Origin: Callorhinchus milii
Lineage: Eukaryota
Assembly (NCBI RefSeq): GCF_018977255.1
Contig: NW_024704742.1
Span: forward strand, 116,934,001-116,998,000
DNA: 64,000 nt
Direction: 5' to 3'
Shown here: positions 1 to 12,160 of the stretch, piece by piece
How the letters are laid out: each line of letters starts with the position of its first letter
How positions within the stretch are numbered: the stretch's first letter is position 1
Position numbers and translations under genes: made by a program
The notes under the pieces: generated by a model
What the model saw: only the letters and a program-made list of their open reading frames with translations
The model's database searches: none
Told to the model about the DNA's origin: nothing

Positions 1-120
1 AAAAAGCAGTTTCTCCTGGTGTTCTGGCCAACAGTCCCTCAGATAAAACTTGTCATTCATTTCATGACTGTTTGTGGAATATTTCTGAGCAAAAATTAGT
101 AATAATTGGTATTCATCTAA

Positions 121-292
121 CATAACATGTAGGAGCAGGAGTAGGCCATTCGGCCCTACGAGCCTGCCCCGCCATTCAATCATGGCTGATCTTCTAATCT
201 AACTCCAGCTAATAACCTGACCCTGCCTTATCCCCATATCTCTTAATCCCTTTTGCAATAAGAAATCTATCTATCTCAGTCTTGAATATAAA
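121..292 (-). mobile_element. CR1 LINE 3' end fragment
   Basis: GGAGCAGGAGTAGGCCATTCGGCCC...CCATTCAATCATGGCTGATC is the reverse complement of a CR1-type 3' UTR. Confidence 0.7.
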
Positions 293-329
293 TCTCTACA
301 AATCTATACATATATATTATATATATTTA

Positions 330-1140
330 TTTTGGTCAGCTGGGTGTCTGACACAAGAAGAAACCAATCACCATGTTTAAGAGTATCCAAACCAAGCTGA
401 GATTTTCATGCATCCCACCTACACATGGAAATCCCAGAGATAGATTGTGGAATGGAATGTGCACACTCTCCCTGGAGAGATGCATCCTGCTTAGCTAATT
501 CTGGAAAGTATTTGGTGCAGGTTGGCAAGAGCCAAGGCTTGGGGACCCAAGAGTGTGCTTTGGGGTATTAGTGGAGTCGAACCAGCTAAAACAACATAGC
601 TTTCCATTGATATTGCTGTCTGACTAGCTTTCCCACTGTTTGTCCAGCGAGGACCACCCTACCCAATTAGGGCTTTGGGTTGCCAGGTTACCAAGGGCTG
701 AGTGGAATGACTCCCTGCCCAGAGTGAAGCTTTCGGGGATGCCGCCCGGCGTGGAGAGCGCTGTATAAATGCAAGTTGTTGTTTTTGTTTGCCCTTCTGG
801 GTTCTGCTGATGAGCTGATGTGCTGTCATCAGCAATGCTCTGGAATACAGTGGACTTGCCTGGCTCAGGAACAGGACTTCCGAGACCGCCACAGATGGCT
901 GGCTCGATTTCAACATTGTGTTGCCAAGCATGTCACCTTGGAGTTAATTCAGCTCCAAGGAGACCCTGCTTACTTCACCCCCCACCCCCTCCCAGGAAGA
1001 TAGTCACTAGGTGATCGTTCAACATCTGACAAACGCAGGTTTGAGCCTCACTAGGTGAATCATAGCTACAAGGAACTCCCTGTGAGCTGCCCGGTGGCCA
1101 ACGAAACTCAGCATAAAATGTGTGAGAACATTGCCACCAT
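330..1140. repeat. Old unclassified interspersed repeat (relatives at about 7040-8030, 8590-8900, 34380-34955 inverted, 53630-54050, 54860-55260)
   Basis: Collinear shared blocks: GGTCAGCTGGGTGTCTGACAC, GGCAAGAGCCAAGGCTTGGG, GGCTGAGTGG, GTCATCAGCAATGC, GGCTCAGGAAC, TTGCCAAGCA. Confidence 0.7.
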
Positions 1141-1688
1141 CTTACTGTCTGCAGCTCGGGCACACGTCCCTTCCCATTGAGGAAGCTCCAGCCTTCTCCT
1201 TGTCCCCCAATCTCTCCATTCTACTGCTTTCAACCATTTCACCCCAAAACTCTGGAACAGTCTCCCTCAATTCCTTCATCTTTCCCCATCTTCAGGATAG
1301 CACCTGAAGGCCTTTCTCTTTGACTGTGCTTATGGTCACGTGCTTCCTCCCCTTGGCTCAGAGTCGTGCTCTGCCACTGTCAAGCGCTCTGGGACCCTAC
1401 CCTACATAAGGGTTGCTATATAAATGCATGCTGTTGTTGTTGCAATCTTGACTGGTCTTGAAGGTGTGTTGGAATGCCACCTCCCCCCAACAATGGGATC
1501 CATCAGATGCTCGCAGCTCATGGTATTGCATTGCCAGTTAGCAAGTCAAGAATACACAATGAATCATATTAAAGCCAGAGTAAATGTCAGTTTATCCCCA
1601 GATTTGCTTCACATAAAACTCTACCAACTAAGTGTCAGAGACTTTCATTCCACTTTGTCTGGGCTGGATTTGATGCCAGATCCCAGGA

Positions 1689-2000
1689 GTGGAGTCTTGT
1701 AGATCAGTGGTAAGAGTACTCGCTTTGCAAGCAAGAGACCTGAGTTCGATTCTGAGCAAGGTGAAACCTTGGGCAAGTTTCCTTACTCCACACGCCTGAT
1801 AATAATCCCTCAAGAAAAAAAACAATAATAATTTGATCACTCAATCCATGACTGTTTGTGGGACACTGCTGTGTGAAATTGGCTGCCGTGTTTCGCCACA
1901 AATATACAGTCAATTCACTTTACAGTATATTCTGTGAAGCGCTTTGAGACGTCTAGAAGACGTGAAGACCCCTATATCAAATGCAAGGATTATTATTATT
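1689..2000 (+). mobile_element. Full-length tRNA(Ala-like)-headed Deu-domain SINE
   Basis: A/B-box head, GGGACA.TGCTGTG..AATTGGCTGCC Deu core, L2-like tail, (ATT)n. Confidence 0.9.
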
Positions 2001-2097
2001 AGTGAAATCTTGTGTGAATGCTGTCCCTTTTGTTTTAGTTCTTCATGTAAGAATTAATATCCATTTAAAAATGTGATATTCTGTCATTTTATTTCAG

Positions 2098-2196
2098 ACC
2101 AACATGATTGCTTTGCACAGAGCAGCAGAGAGGAACGATATTTATATGGCTTCACTGCTCATTGAGGCCGGAACTGAAGTGAATGGCCTAAACAAT
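2098..2196 (+). CDS. ANKDD1B: Ankyrin-repeat exon TNMIALHRAAERNDIYMASLLIEAGTEVNGLNN
   Basis: tttcag|ACC...AAT|gtac; 99 nt, phase 0-0; one 33-aa ankyrin repeat. Confidence 0.9.
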
Positions 2197-2287
2197 GTAC
2201 GTTTCACACACTCAACTCATGTTAAGTCCACATACTGTATATACCACTGTAAGATACAATTCCGTCATTGTCTCATTTTTCTTGTAG

Positions 2288-2386
2288 CAAATGGAAACTG
2301 CCCTGCATTTTGCTGTCAGATGCGGACACCTTTCGATGGTACAGCTCCTCATAGAATCTAATTGTGATGTTAATGTCTTAGACTTG
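2288..2386 (+). CDS. ANKDD1B: Ankyrin-repeat exon QMETALHFAVRCGHLSMVQLLIESNCDVNVLDL
   Basis: ttgtag|CAA...TTG|gtaagt; 99 nt, phase 0-0; TALH motif; preceding intron 91 nt. Confidence 0.93.
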
Positions 2387-2518
2387 GTAAGTATTTCTGA
2401 AGCTCTTTATTCTGTGCGAGAAAGAAGAGTTTTTTGCTGCAGTCGGGAGCGTACTCTCAGCGTACCTCTCCGAGTAAGTGAGAGTGCCTTTTTCTGGCTT
2501 GCTCGACTGCTCTTTATG

Positions 2519-2822
2519 ATAATAATAATCCTTGCATTTGATATAGCGCTTTTCACGTCTTCTCGATGTCTCAAAGCGCTTCACAGAATATACTGTAAAG
2601 TGAATTGACCGTATATATTTTGTGGGCGAAACGCGGCAGCCAATTGCGCACAGCAGTGTCCCACAAACAGTCGTGGATTGAAAATGACCAATTTATTAGT
2701 GTTTTGTTTTGGAGGGATTATTATTGGAGTAAGGAAACTTGCCCAAGGTTTCGCCCTGCCTGAGAATTGAACCCAGGTGACTCACTTGCAAGGCGAGTGC
2801 TCTGACCACTGAGCTACAGGAA
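2519..2822 (-). mobile_element. Full-length SINE, same family
   Basis: Reverse complement of the family consensus from head to (ATT)n tail. Confidence 0.9.
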
Positions 2823-3489
2823 CAGGCAATGTGGGCTCTGAGCTTTCCTGCCCAATTCTCAAATATTTCTGTTACGTCTTATTTCTGTCAAAATATTTCT
2901 GTCAAAATCGAAGAAAAACAGCAAAGTAATACTTTACGCTTGGAAGCAAATGGAAGGCAATCCTCCTGTGAACAGGAACGGACCTTCCCCGTGTATAATG
3001 GATTTGGTTAATGGATGGATTTTTAAATATAGTATTTAGCTGATGTTTTCCGTGCTTGATCAGCTAGAAGGGGCGCAAAATCTATGATCTTCCCTGAGAC
3101 AGAAAAAACTTACCTGATTGTCTGGCTGAGTTTCTAAGCGGCTCTTCATTAGAAACTATCCCTGCTGTTAATCTCAATGCCAAATTGACCTTCTGTCTCT
3201 CAGGTCCCACTGTGAATAAACAAAACCTTCCAATAATTTGGCAAAGAAATGCTAGAACTAATTGTTTATGGCTGCTGATTGCTGACATAGAATTCCATGA
3301 GATATGGTACTGATTAAGATGATTGAATGTCAGTGCTTGATCCCTAAAATGATCTCCACATTTAAAGACCAATGCATTGTCAGTAGAACGGAGGGGAGGA
3401 ACAAGCAACATGATCTGAGAGCAATCATAAATACCCTAGAGTGTTGTTGGACATGTTTTCATTAAAATCAATGTTGTTTTTCCCTCAAG

Positions 3490-3588
3490 AGAAACCAGAA
3501 CCCATTGCACTTGGCAGCTGAAGCTGAGAGAGCCGATTTGTTGGAGCTTCTCCTGATAGCAAACACCGATCTAAAGCAAACAGACAAG
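3490..3588 (+). CDS. ANKDD1B: Ankyrin-repeat exon RNQNPLHLAAEAERADLLELLLIANTDLKQTDK
   Basis: ccctcaag|AGA...AAG|gtcagt; 99 nt, phase 0-0; PLHLAA motif. Confidence 0.92.
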
Positions 3589-6500
3589 GTCAGTCTTTAT
3601 GGTGGGGTGTGTGAGATGGCGTAAACAACAACAACAAATTACATTTGTATAGCGTGTCTCATGTCTCATGGGAGGACGTCCCAAGGCGCAGGATAGTTAG
3701 AGATTTTGACCTGAGCTGGGGCTTAGGATCAGGAGTGGTGGAGGGCAGGGTGGGTAGGGGTAGGAGGGTGACTGAAGAGGATGGTCTTGAGACTCTGTTT
3801 TCCCTCATTTTTATCACTCTCCTAAAAAACCCCATACAAACTGCACTCACAAGTACATAACCCAGCGTACAAATATTCAGATATGCAAACATATCTGATC
3901 AAAATGATCATAAACATTCAATAAATAGAAATAATGGTCACCTTATTGGCATCCCAAATTGTTAGTAACTTCACCTACTCGGTGAAGTCATTAACAATTT
4001 TGGATGCCAGTTTTGCTGGGAGGAAAAAATCCCTGTCATTAATCCTCAGTAAGGCTAAAGAGACTTCTGTCTCTCTGGATTAAATTTTTGACACGCATTC
4101 ACTGTGATGTGGGGAATTAAATCATATTATAACAGCTTGCATTTATATAGCGCCCTTCTCACGGGATAGCAACTCAGAGTCTCATAGTGGTGGAGTTTAA
4201 CTCCGAGCCGGGGAGTTAGAGGAGGTGATAGTAGGCGCAATCGAAGAGGAAGCTCTTTAGGTGTGATCTGAAGATAGGGAAAGAGGGGGCAAGGCAGAAG
4301 GACTGAGGCAGGGAGTTTCAGTTCTGTTACAGTATTATATTATCTATTAGTTAAACTAATATACAATCAGGATATTTTAATTGTTCGCACTAAACTGCTG
4401 AGGTAAATGTTAAAATTTTAAATAGGATAATGGTTTAATCACTGTTAAATGTACCCTTCCATCTCTCTTTTATTTCTATTCTTTTTCCCACATTCTCGCT
4501 GTTTTTCTCATCTCAGAGCCTCTTTGTCAATGCAAGTGCTGTGATTTTTATGTCTCCTGCTGTGTGATGCTGTCATAGCAGCTAATGTGGCAAGTCACTG
4601 CTCTTTTTCCCTCATTGTTGTCCCTCTCCTAAAATACCCCATGTAAATACCACTCACAAATATGTAATCCAGCAAACTGATGTCCAAATATGCCCCCAAA
4701 ATGATCATAAACATTCAATAAATGGAAATAAAGGTAGCCTTACAACAGTGTCGGTGTCAGTCTCACACAGGAGAGGAAGGAAGAAAATTGACAGAGGAAG
4801 GGAGTGTCAAATTGAATTACGCAATAAACTATTAAACAAGGCTTCCGGGAAAGATGTGGGTGTGTTTGTTGTCTAAATATCAGAACAATTGGGCATACTA
4901 TTTAGCCAGCAATGGCTAAAGCAAATAGAATATGAGAGTGTCTTAATAGAATCCTGGTCTCAGTGTTGTGAGCTCAGTCTGGATTTCTATAATCAGATTA
5001 CCTTGAGGAGACGCAAACACACTGCTGGGCCTGAGGTTTTAAAATAAAAATGGTTTTGCACCAGCATAGCTGCAACTGGTGCAAAACCCATTTTTATTTT
5101 CCTCATTATTTTCCCCATTGTTTTTCTCCTCTCCAGGTTTGACGGCTGTGTCTCATACTGCATTACAGTTTCACAGGTATCCGTTGTACTACAGCTTCTT
5201 GCTCAACCGTGAAGGAAAAGCTGTCAGCCTGACCCTGATCCTGTCATCACCTGACACTCCTACAAGGGCAGCTATTTTAATTCTTAAAGATCCCACCATT
5301 GGGTTTTTAATGTTAGAAAAGAGGCCGCTGTTCACTGGCTGATTGCACCAATGCTCAGGCGTTCTGAGCGAGGAGCTCTGAAATTAGGGGTAAGTGTCTG
5401 AGTGCAATGTGATTTGGATACACTTTTGCTGTATCTGGCTGGCACATGCATTGCCATTGCCCCAATTAAATCCAATGAGATATTGGACAGAGCAACTAGA
5501 GATCACTGCTCCCAGTTATGAAGCCAAATCAAGAAAACTGTAAATAATTCATAGAAGGACAAGGATTGCAATGCATCCCAAATCACTGATCTGTTGGAAG
5601 TTTGGCTGAGAATTGAAATGGTTTTCAAGGGCAAGAAGATTTAAGGGAATGGATAGTTTCCAAGTTTTTTTTTAAATCATGAAGGCACTGAATGGGGTGG
5701 ATGTAGATAAATTATTTCTGATGTGGTGGAAGAAGCTGAGAATGAACTAACAAAACCGCAATATAAGCATTACTTGAGGAGGAGACACATTACGCTTAGA
5801 ACTTAACATGTAGAATGGGTGTTGTTTAACGCAGTGACCTTAGAGTCAGTTGAAGCCCTTGGACTAATTCCTGACTCAGTGACTCTGGAAGGATACACAT
5901 TGGCAGTAAGACAGGAGCAAGTTGGCCATGATCCAAGCTGGCGCTGAACGTACAGCAGACAGTAGGATGAATTACCTGCACTTTCCAATCTCTACATTTC
6001 AGCAAATTACATTCCACTCGATGAGAAGTCATAACAACAACAACAACAACTTGGACTTATATAGCGCCCTCCGCGCCGGACGGCGTCTCAGAGCGCTTTA
6101 CGGTTTAGGATCCCAGGACCGAGCCAGGGGGAGGAGTGGGAAGGTGACCAAAGGAGCAGTCGAAAAGAAAGGTCTTCTTCAGAGAACTGAAAATGGGAAG
6201 GGAGGGAGAGGGAACTGAGAGGGAAGGGCCTCACAAGATGCAAGTAGGCAGGTCTGCCCTGCGCACTTTAATATAAATGGAAGAATAACCAGAATTAAAT
6301 AACAACTCTGTTTGGTGTGATTTGGGGGCAGATTTCAATTAAGGAAGTTATCCATCCATGTGACTCGTGTGAAGGTTAAGCAGTGGTTATTACATGGTCG
6401 GTCATTATTTAGGAGTGCCTCATGATCTGTTCAGTCTTAGGGACTGGAGTGTACTCATCCCATAAAATTGAAGGCTGACTAACTTTACTTACTCCCCCTA

Positions 6501-7452
6501 GTCACAATCCCAGCCAAGCCGCCAGCAACTATGCCTTCATCTCACAACACAATCATAATGCCTTCTCTCCCTAATCGTCTGCCTTGCTTCCCTCCATGAT
6601 CAGCGATCTCCATCCCCTTCCGCTTGAAGGACTTTGTGATGAAAGGTGCTATTTAATGTGCAAGTTGTTATTGCTCAGACCACACTTCCCCACCTACTGA
6701 AACTAACATCTACTGCACAGTGTGGGAGTTAACAGTAAATCTAGAACCAGTCCATCAATCTTTTAATATTTTTGTCTCCGATCTTTTTATTACCCTCTCC
6801 TTTCTTAACTGATTCTCTTCTTTATATCTTGTACCTGTCTCCATTATCCTTCCTTGTCTCACTTTAGGGTATTATTCTACTGTTTGTTCATCATATAGCA
6901 CATTCAATATTGTTGGCTAAGATCTACTCAGCAGTTTATCCATGTTTACAAATGCCTAGATAACATCTTAGTAATAATATTACATTATAAATTATGGAAT
7001 CAAGGAATTTTGAAGCATGGAAACAGTCCATTTGTACCTTTTTTTGGTCAGCCGAGTGTCTGACACACGTAGAAACCCATCACCTTTCTTAAGAGTATCT
7101 AAACCAGACACAAAATTCCACGTATGTCATCTACACATGGAAATTCCTGGAATGGAAAGCGGACTCTCTCTCCCAAGGGACTCATCTTGCTTAACAAATT
7201 CTAGAGAGTATCAGGCACGGGCTGGCAAGAGCCAAGGCTTGGGGTTTCCAGGAACATTTGTTGGGATACTGCAGCTAAAATGAAGTACTTCAGGACATCC
7301 CCTCAACATGAAAGGCGTTTTACCAAATGTAAGGATTTTAAAGATGGCATACTTTACAGTTTGAAAGCACTGTCTGGCAAGCTTCCCATTCGTTGTCCAG
7401 CTGGGCCATCCTACCCTTTGGAGCCATTAGGAAGAATCCCTGTTCCCAGCAA

Positions 7453-7773
7453 GTGGAGTCCTGTAGCTCAGTGGTTAGAGCACTCGCTTTGCAAGTGAGA
7501 GACCTGAGTTCAATTCCAGGCAGGGCGAGACCTTGGGCAAGTTTCCTTACTCCACACGCCTAATAATAATCCCTCCAAAACCAAAAACAATAATAAATTG
7601 GTCATTTTCAATCCACGACTGTTTGTGGGACATTGCTGTGCGCAATTAGCTGCCGCGTTCGCCCACAAATATACAGTCAATTCACTTTACAGTATATTCT
7701 GTGAAGCGCTTTGGGACGTCCTCCCGACGTGAAAAGCGCTATATCAAATGCAAGGATTATTATTATTATTATT
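7453..7773 (+). mobile_element. Young full-length SINE, inserted in the unclassified repeat
   Basis: GTGGAGTCCTGTAGCTCAGTGGTTAGAGC...AAATGCAAGG(ATT)n; nearly identical to the copies at 27482 and 38195. Confidence 0.95.
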
Positions 7774-8268
7774 ATAAGTCATCTACCCCTCCAAGTCCCT
7801 CAAATGAGCTAGGCTGGCTGGGGGTGTCATAAGCAGTGTCCTGGAATATTGTGGGCTTAGGATCTAAACTACCAAGACTGTTACAGAGGATTGACTCGAT
7901 TCTGACATCATGTTGCCAAACAAGTCATTCAGGAGTCAGCTCAGCTGGATGGCAGGTACCAGGAACTCCTGAGAGCTTCCTGCTGAGCAGCACAATTTGA
8001 TTTGAAATGCATGAGAGTATTGCCACCATCTTGCATTGTTCCAGTCCATTCAGCCCAAATTGTCTGTGCTGGCGTTTCTCTCCATTAAGCCACCTAATCT
8101 AAACTTCCTTTATATACTTCACATTTATGAAATGAGCTGTGTGTGGAAGAGTATGTCACCTTCTGAAATGGCAGCTCAACTGTTGCAGTTTTGAGGAGCA
8201 AAATCTGTGTATTTATGCGTTTAGCTGCTGATTGATTACCAAAAACACAGCAAATAACATTATACTGA

Positions 8269-8457
<189 letters not shown>

Positions 8458-9699
8458 TAGAGAACAACAAAACAAGGTTTAGTAAAAGCTTTGCTTTCCT
8501 TTTTGTTTTACCATTTAGTTGTCGCAGGTTCTGACTCATGACTGTGGAGCGTTGCTTTCTTGCTGTTGTCCTATATTTGCTTAGGCACAGAGCACAAGTA
8601 CGAGAGCTTGGGAACCCCAGAATGTGTGTTTGAATTAAACCCGCACAGCTTTCTAATGAGAGCACTGACTGGTAAGCTTCCTGCTGCTTATCCAGCTGTG
8701 ACCATCCTACCAGTTAGGGTTTGGGCTGGAAGGTTAACAGGAGCTGAGTGGAAAAAATCCCTGTCCTTGGTGACCTCCAAGGTTTCCACCTCCAAGTTCT
8801 GCTGACAAGTCAGGCTGGCTGATTTGTCATCAGCAGTGCCTTAGAGTACTGCGGACCTGCCTGACTGACTCAGGAACTAGAATACTGAAACTGCAATACA
8901 CTCAATTCACCTTACAAAATAGTCTGTGAAGTGCTTTGAGATGTCTCAACTACTTGATAATTTGCTGTATCAAATGCAAGGATTACATTAGTATATTAGA
9001 ATGCCTTTGGAACTGATTTTAAGAAGCGAAAGAAGATCTTATATTAGGTTTAGACTATAAGTTTACAGGTGACTCCAGCTCCGTTTTGTCAGTATAAACA
9101 AACAATATGAATCTATGAATATGAATATAAATATGAATTTATATGGTGTCTTTCCCGTCCAGAGGATGTCCCAAAGCACTTTACAGCATTGGCTGGTCAC
9201 CTGAACTGGGGTTGGGAGTTCGGGGGAGGGAAAGATGACCCAATACACTGTCAAAAAGGATATAAACCACAGAGAAAAATAGATTTTGCCCTTTTAATTA
9301 ACCCAGCAGTGTTTGTCCATCCCTAGTTCCCTCACTTGCTATCATCACTCAATTTAGATAATACTGTGTGTTATGAAATGACCCGTGGTTTATTCAGATG
9401 TGTGCAGGCAGTCAGAGAGGCAAGCACTGTTTGAGAGAAACAACCACAAATTTTCACGTAGGATTAATCTTGGAGTGCGGCACAGTGGTGGGATTGGAAG
9501 AACGTGCAGGCACATTGTAAAAGAATATTAAGCAACAGGCTGCATTGAGATGTTATCAAGAAAGGCAAAACGGACTTCAAAACCCTGCAGTTTACAGAGC
9601 TTGAAGAGAGCCTCACTCACTAATGAAGCTGAGATAATTCTTGCCCTGATGACTTTAAGGATGGGTGCTAGCTCCTGACATGTTTGTATATGAGTTCTC

Positions 9700-10166
9700 A
9701 TTCAGAACTCTGCCGCCCGCATACTGACCCAGACCAAACTCCGCACCCACATCTCACCAGATCTGGCCAGGCTCTACTGGCTCCCCATCACCGAATGGAT
9801 CGACTTCAAGATCCTCACATTTGTGTTTAAATCCATTCACTCCCTGTCACTTTCCTACCTCTCCGACCTCCTCACTCCCCAGTCCACCACCCTGTGCCTC
9901 CACTTGACTGGCACCCGCCTCCTGCTTGTCTCTCGCACCCTCTGCCCCACCAATGCAGTTTGCGCTTTCAGCCACGACGCCCCAAAACTCTGGAACACTC
10001 GCCTTCAATCCCTCCGCCTTGCCCCCTCTCTCCCCTTTTTCAAGTCCCACCTGAAAACCTTCCTCTTCGACCGTGCTTACAACCACCTGCCCCTCTCCAC
10101 CCTGACTTGGAGTCAGTCTCCAGACGCTACCCTGCATGGATGGCGTTATATAATTGCAAGTTGTTA
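9700..10166 (+). mobile_element. L2 LINE 3' fragment (ORF2 C-terminus and tail)
   Basis: Degenerate L.WLP...FK.L...YLSDLL...AFSH.APKLWN...FKSHLKTFLF; tail GCGTTATATAATTGCAAGTTGTT. Confidence 0.85.
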
Positions 10167-11130
10167 TATAATCAGGTCAAACTAGATTATCTTCTCCAGT
10201 CCCTTTGAAAACCACTCTTTCCAGATACATGAAACACACAGGAGACCCATTGTAATCTAGCACACAGAGGAGTATCCACAATAATGCGTAAAGCACCAAG
10301 AAAGCTGACAGCTTTCTCCTAAAAACAATCTTTCAGGAACAGCTTCATAATACAATAATAATCCTTGCATTTGATATAGCGCCTTATCACATTGTTCAGA
10401 CATCTCAAAGCTCTTCACAGAATATATTGTGAAGTGGATTGATTTGTGAATTTTGTATTTTGTGAAATGCGGCAGCCAATTGTGCACAGCAATGTCCCTT
10501 AAACAGTTGTGGATTGAGCAACCACTTTGTTTTCTTCAAGGAAGGTTGCAGGTGTCAGACTGGAATTGACAGCATTTTAGGTCAGTCACACTTACTGGAG
10601 TGTGGGTACAGTTTTTAGCTACTTTGGATTCAGTAGCTTGACAGTTTATTCTCCACCATTTACACATTACATAGAGTAAATGATGCATGAAAATCAGAGC
10701 AGAACAGGGACCTTTGCCTCTCCTTGCTGGCTTTTAGCTAATTATCACCTTAAGTTTGAACCCAGTCATTAAAATAGGAACAGATAAAGAGTCTGATTGA
10801 TAGTGAGGACTTATTATATTTATACCCAGTTTCTTGTAGAGTTACACTTTGGATGAGTGGAGCTCAGGGTAATGGAGGTGCTTGTTGTGTGTGAAAGTTG
10901 TTTATTATTAACTGAACTATCTGTTGACAAGACCATAACAAAGCAAGTTCTCTCCACAAAATACATAGTCACTACACTTTTCAGTATTCAGTACTATCCA
11001 CTTATCTCAAACCTGTTTATATCAACGTGGATTGACCAAGATCCACCTCCGGCCTCCTGCTTGTCCCTTGTCCCCTCTGCTTCACTATTGGCAGCTGTGC
11101 TTTCAGCCACTATGCCGCAAAACTATGGAA

Positions 11131-11658
11131 GTCTCAGTTGGAATACTGTGTTCAACTCTGGGCACCGCACTTTAGGAAAGATGTCAGGGCAAAGGAGGTT
11201 TACCGGGATGGTACCAGGAATGAAGGACCTTAGTTATGAAGAGAGGTTAGCGAAACTAGGATTATTCTTCCTGGAGCAGAGAAGATTAAGAGGGGATTTA
11301 ACAGAAGTTTTCAAGATCATGAGAGGATTTGATAGGTTGAACCGGGATAAACTGTTTCCACTGGCATGTGGGTCAGTAACCCGAGGACATCGATTTAAGA
11401 TAGTTGTTAAACGAAACAGAAACTCACTCAGCGAGCTGTTCGGATCTGGAATGCATTACCTGAAAGGGTAGTGGAAGCCGATTCAGTAACAACTTTTAAG
11501 AGAGAAGTAGATCAATATTTGGAGAGGACCCAGGATTGTAGGGCTATGGAGAGAAAGCGGGCCAGTGGGATTGAGTTGGATTACTCTTTTAGGAACTGGC
11601 GCAGACACAATGGGCCGAATGGCCTCTTTCTGTGTTGTATGATTCTATGATTCTATGA
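11131..11658 (+). mobile_element. CR1 LINE 3' fragment nested in an L2 relic
   Basis: ORF segment QRRFTGMVPGMKDLSYEERLAKLGLFFLEQRRLRGDL...TRGHRFK; tail (ATTCTATG)n. Confidence 0.93.
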
Positions 11659-11958
11659 ACTCTCTCCCTCAATCCCTCTGCCTTACCTCCTCCTTTCCCA
11701 TCTTCAGATCATATCTGAAGATTTTCCTATTTGACCGTGCCTACAGTCACCCCTTCCCCCCACACCCCCTCCTGGCCCCAGCTCTAAACCCCCACTGTTA
11801 AGCCCCCAAGACACTACGCCTCATTAAAGGTGATATATAAATGCAATAAATAATATATAAATGTGGTTATTTATCTCATACAGTTAACAAGAACTACTAC
11901 CAATTACCTAGTGAGGTTGTCTTTAACGGTGAAGCTATGATATACTTTTATGTTTCAG

Positions 11959-12160
11959 ACGCATCAAGATAACACTGTAGTCCCAGTCGCAAGTTACCCA
12001 TTAAGCTTCAAACCAGACCGTACCACACAGACAAACCAGCTGCGCACAGCCATGTGGAACTTAGCAAACCACCACCTGAAACCGAAGGACTGGAAGAAAC
12101 TTGCGTTCCACTGGAATTTCACTGAAGAGCAAATTAAAGCAATTGGGGAGCAGTGGACGG
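11959..12160 (+). CDS. ANKDD1B: Linker and death-domain start THQDNT...LSFKPDRTTQTNQLRTAMWNLANHHLKPKDWKKLAFHWNFTEEQIKAIGEQWT
   Basis: tttcag|ACG...G|gtaaga; 202 nt, phase 0-1; WKKLA..W.F death-domain motif. Confidence 0.93.

Noticed and set aside
9104..9142. (ATGAAT)n short array
   Set aside because: Simple-repeat tail of an adjacent minus-strand L2-like fragment
10857..11471. 204-aa ORF
   Set aside because: Chance read-through of intron, L2 and CR1 fragments; not a host gene
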